Below, in pieces: positions 60,743 to 64,000 of a stretch of DNA of 64,000 nt. Source of the stretch: Malacoraja senta (Eukaryota); assembly GCA_038087875.1 (NCBI GenBank), contig CM075989.1, forward strand, positions 20,462,001 through 20,526,000. Direction: 5' to 3'. The position numbers were made by a program, and so were the translations under genes. The stretch's first letter is position 1. Each line of letters begins with the position of its first letter. Below the pieces are notes generated by a model. It ran no database searches. It was not told the DNA's origin and worked only from the letters and a program-made list of their open reading frames with translations.

Positions 60743-60899
60743 AACAAATATAATCAACAGCTTTTTGCTCTACTGGGGCCACCTGAGCAATCAGGCAAGG
60801 CCTTGCTTTCTGAAGAAGGGTCCCGACCCAAAATGTCATCTGTCCATTCCCTCCACAGATGCTGCCTTACCTGCTAAGTTCCTCCAGCACCTTGTGTTG

Positions 60900-61290
60900 T
60901 TCCTTGACTCCTCACAACCTTGTAATAGTCTGTTCGAACTCCTACCTTCCGGCAGACGTTACAAGGCCTTCTACGCCCGCACCTCCAGACTCAGGAACAG
61001 CTTCATCCCCAGAGCTATAGCTGCTCTGAACCGGTCCTGCTGAGTGCCCCCCACCCCCATGAACTGTCTCCCTCGGATGGTCACGTCGCACATCGACCCG
61101 GCACTGACCTATTTGCACTTTAGACTGTTTTACTGTTTTACTGTTCTTTTTTACAAATCATGTTTCTCGGGGTATCTAAATTTTATCTACATTTTATTAG
61201 TTGTTTAAGTTATGACATCGGATGGAAGCTGCATACCAAATCTCGTTGCACCTATGTGCAATGACAATAAAATATATTATTATTATTATT
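60900..61290 (+). mobile_element. Rex1-like 3' fragment (third subfamily)
   Basis: LFELLPSGRRYKAFYARTSRLRNSFIPRAI; ATGACAATAAA+(ATT)n. Confidence 0.75.
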
Positions 61291-61583
61291 GTTTTAATGT
61301 CTTGTCCTGAACAATGGTGTCTGCAACAATGCTACACTCCCTCAGTATCACATTGAAGGGTCAGCCTATGTAATGTCCTAAAATCCCTTGGAGCTTTGAC
61401 ACAACCACTGAGTTATGTGTCAGTGCAGCAGCTGAGTTCAAATAGAAATATCTCAACATTTGTAATATTTAAATACACTTGAACTTCATACTCTTTGTCG
61501 TAAAATTGGAAAATTATGTTTCTCAAATGAGAAGACCATTGTAGTTAAAAGTAAATGACAAGATAAAAAATGGAGAGAATATA

Positions 61584-61872
61584 GGGTGGCACAGTGGAGC
61601 AGTGATAGAGTTGCTGCCTTATAGTGTTGGAGACCCGGGTTCAATCCTGACTATGGGTACTGTCTGTATGGAGTTTGTACGTTCACCCTGTGACGGTGTG
61701 GGTTTTCTGCGGGTACTCTGGTTCATTCCCACACTCCAAAGACGTGCAGGTTTGCAGGTTAATTGGCTTTGGTAACATTTTAGTTTGTTAGATAGTGCAA
61801 ATGTACGGGGTGATCGCTGGTCGGCTTGGATTCGGTAGGTCGATGGGCCCGTTTCTGGCTCTAAAGTCTAAA
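61584..61872 (+). mobile_element. HE1/V-SINE-like SINE
   Basis: Consensus match. Confidence 0.85.
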
Positions 61873-62351
61873 ACAGTGCTTAAGCAGCAGGGCTGTTATT
61901 AGTTAAACTTAACTCAAATCAACCTCTCATTTGGAAGCTTTGCGAATGTGGAAACTAATCTTGGCAAATTTTCACCACTGAAACGATTTGTGGCCCGGCT
62001 TTGACCAAACAATATTAAACAGTCATCTTTATTTATGTTAATGCTTGTTGCAAGTTACTTGGTTATATGTGAACCAAACACAAAGTGCTGGAGGAAATTT
62101 AGAGTCAGGATGCTTCTTCACACTGATTGTAATAAGGGGGAGAGAAAACTGAAAGGTATGATAGGTGGATACAGGTGAGGGAGGGTTTGATCAGTAGATT
62201 GGTGGACCAAGGCTAGAGATGAAAAAGAGGTAAAAGGTGTCAGATAAGGAGAATGGAGGAATGAAACATCAAGCCAGTGGGAGGGATATAGGTGGAAGGG
62301 GGTGGGGGACAGTGAAGAGGGGGATAGAGGGGTAGGATTTTGGGAGATGTT

Positions 62352-62775
62352 TGATGGCACTAGGCCTATATTCGCTGGAGTTTAGAAGAATGAATGGGGA
62401 CCTCATTGAAACGTACAGAATAGTGAAAGACTTGGATAGAGTGGATGTGGAGAGGATGTTTCCACTAATGGGAGAGTCGAGAACTAGAGGTCATTGCCTC
62501 AGGATTATAGGACGTTCTTTTAGGAAGGAGATGAGGAGGAATTTCTTTAGGCAGAGGGTGGTGAATCTATGGAATTCTTTGCCACAGAAGGCTGTGGAGG
62601 CACAGTGGATATATTTAAGGCAGAGATAGATAGATTCTTGATAAGTACGGGTGTCATAGGTTTTGGGAGAAGGCAGGAGAATGGGTTTGGGAGGGATAAA
62701 AAGATCAGCCATGATTGAACGGTGGAGTAGACTTGATGGGCTGAATGGCCTATTTCTACTCCTATCACTTATGAA
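62352..62775 (+). mobile_element. CR1 3' fragment
   Basis: LGLYSLEFRRMNGDLIETYRIVKDLDRVD. Confidence 0.85.
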
Positions 62776-63027
62776 CTGATGACCTAAGTGGGTGCGTACT
62801 GGAGTGGAGAGGGACACAGAAAAGGTAAAGTGGGAAGAGGGGTATTACTTAATAAATTGCTTACAATTATATATGTCATCTCCAGATTCCCATAATGTTT
62901 CCAATGCATTGATATTGCAACGGCCAGCAGAACTACTAAATTAGCACTAAAGATGCCTTGAGCCAGACATCTCTGAGTTCAGCTGTCCATACCTCAAGCT
63001 GGTATTCTAACACTTAAAGACCCTCTC

Positions 63028-63532
63028 CCTAGCAGGTAAACCAGATCACTTCCACCTGACGTGGTCTGCATTTATAGAATTATTACAAACATAGGGTGCA
63101 AAAGTACTTTAAAAAAAATAAAAAATTGAGGTCAAGTAAGGGGGGATGATAGTTGAAGAATTGGTATGTCCTATTTACGTGATGCTCAAAAAAATATTGT
63201 TTTTTTTTTTTTTTTTTTTCCCTCTCTCTCTTTCTCTTTTTTTTCCTAGGGCCTATTTCTTAACTCTTTTTCTTTTGTTTTTAATTTCGCTCTTATAGGG
63301 TCTTCGTCCTTTTTTGTTGTTACATTTTCTACACTTTTCTACACTTTCACTTTTTCCTTCACTTTCTTCTTTCTTTCAATCTTTTCCTTTTCTAGTGTAA
63401 AAAAAAAATAAAGGGAGTACATTAATTGTAAGAAGATACAAATGACGAGTATTAATGTATGTGGTTGTAATGTAATGTACTTCTAATAAATAAAAATAAA
63501 AAAAATAAAAATAAATTAAAAAAAAAAAAAAA
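63028..63532 (+). mobile_element. L1-clade LINE, 5'-truncated, canonical TSD
   Basis: 12-bp TSD AAAGACCCTCTC (63016-63027, 63533-63544), TT/AAAG target, poly(A) tail. Confidence 0.92.
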
Positions 63533-63672
63533 AAAGACCCTCTCTTTTAATTCACTCCTTAACTCCTTGAGTAAGCTTTTGATCATCTTGACTCGAATTT
63601 ATGTGGATTTATAACAATTTTTGTTTGTTAAAATTCTTAAAGCACGTGGGAACATTTAACTTCACATTACAA

Positions 63673-63970
63673 GGCGGCACAGTGGTGCAGAGGTGGAGTT
63701 TGTGCCTTACAGCGCCAGAGACCCGGGATTGACCCGGACTCCGGATGCTGTCTGCACAGAGTTTGTGCGTTCTCCCTGTGACCACGTCGGCTATTTCCGT
63801 GATCTCCAGTTTCCTCCCACACTCCAAAGACGTGCAGGTTTGTAGGTTAATTGGCTTTGGTAAAATTGTAAATTATCCCTAGGGTGTAGGATAGTGCTAG
63901 TGTAGGGTGCGATCGCTGGTTGGTGTGCCCTTGGTGGGCCGATGGGCGTGCTGTTTCTCTGAAGTCTAAA
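63673..63970 (+). mobile_element. HE1/V-SINE-like SINE
   Basis: Consensus match. Confidence 0.85.
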
Positions 63971-64000
63971 GGACTCCATCCAAACCCAAGTTATTTTATT

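Overview
This is eukaryotic, vertebrate-type DNA with no confidently recognisable host gene, so it is probably a large intron or an intergenic interval. The repeat content suggests a cartilaginous fish, likely a skate or ray (inference). It includes about 25-30 HE1/V-SINE-like tRNA SINEs, many CR1 (HER1-like) 3' fragments, Penelope-like ends, Rex1, L1 and RTE fragments, and Harbinger- and hAT-type MITEs. The only long ORF is ORF2 (reverse transcriptase) of a young 5'-truncated CR1 at 34557-37114 (-); nearly all short ORFs in the track are repeat-derived or spurious. The most notable observations are: (1) Penelope-like ends carry a minimal hammerhead-ribozyme-like core and often occur as fold-back palindromes centred on or near it; (2) two local inverted templated insertions of 641 bp and 88 bp; (3) an L1 family with 70-bp and 203-bp flanking duplications; (4) a lone teleost AFC-like CORE SINE; (5) a structured insert in the young CR1 3' UTR; (6) GC-rich non-coding elements with Rex1-like tails. 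Family names come from recall of motifs, not from database searches. Boundaries of degraded repeats are approximate.
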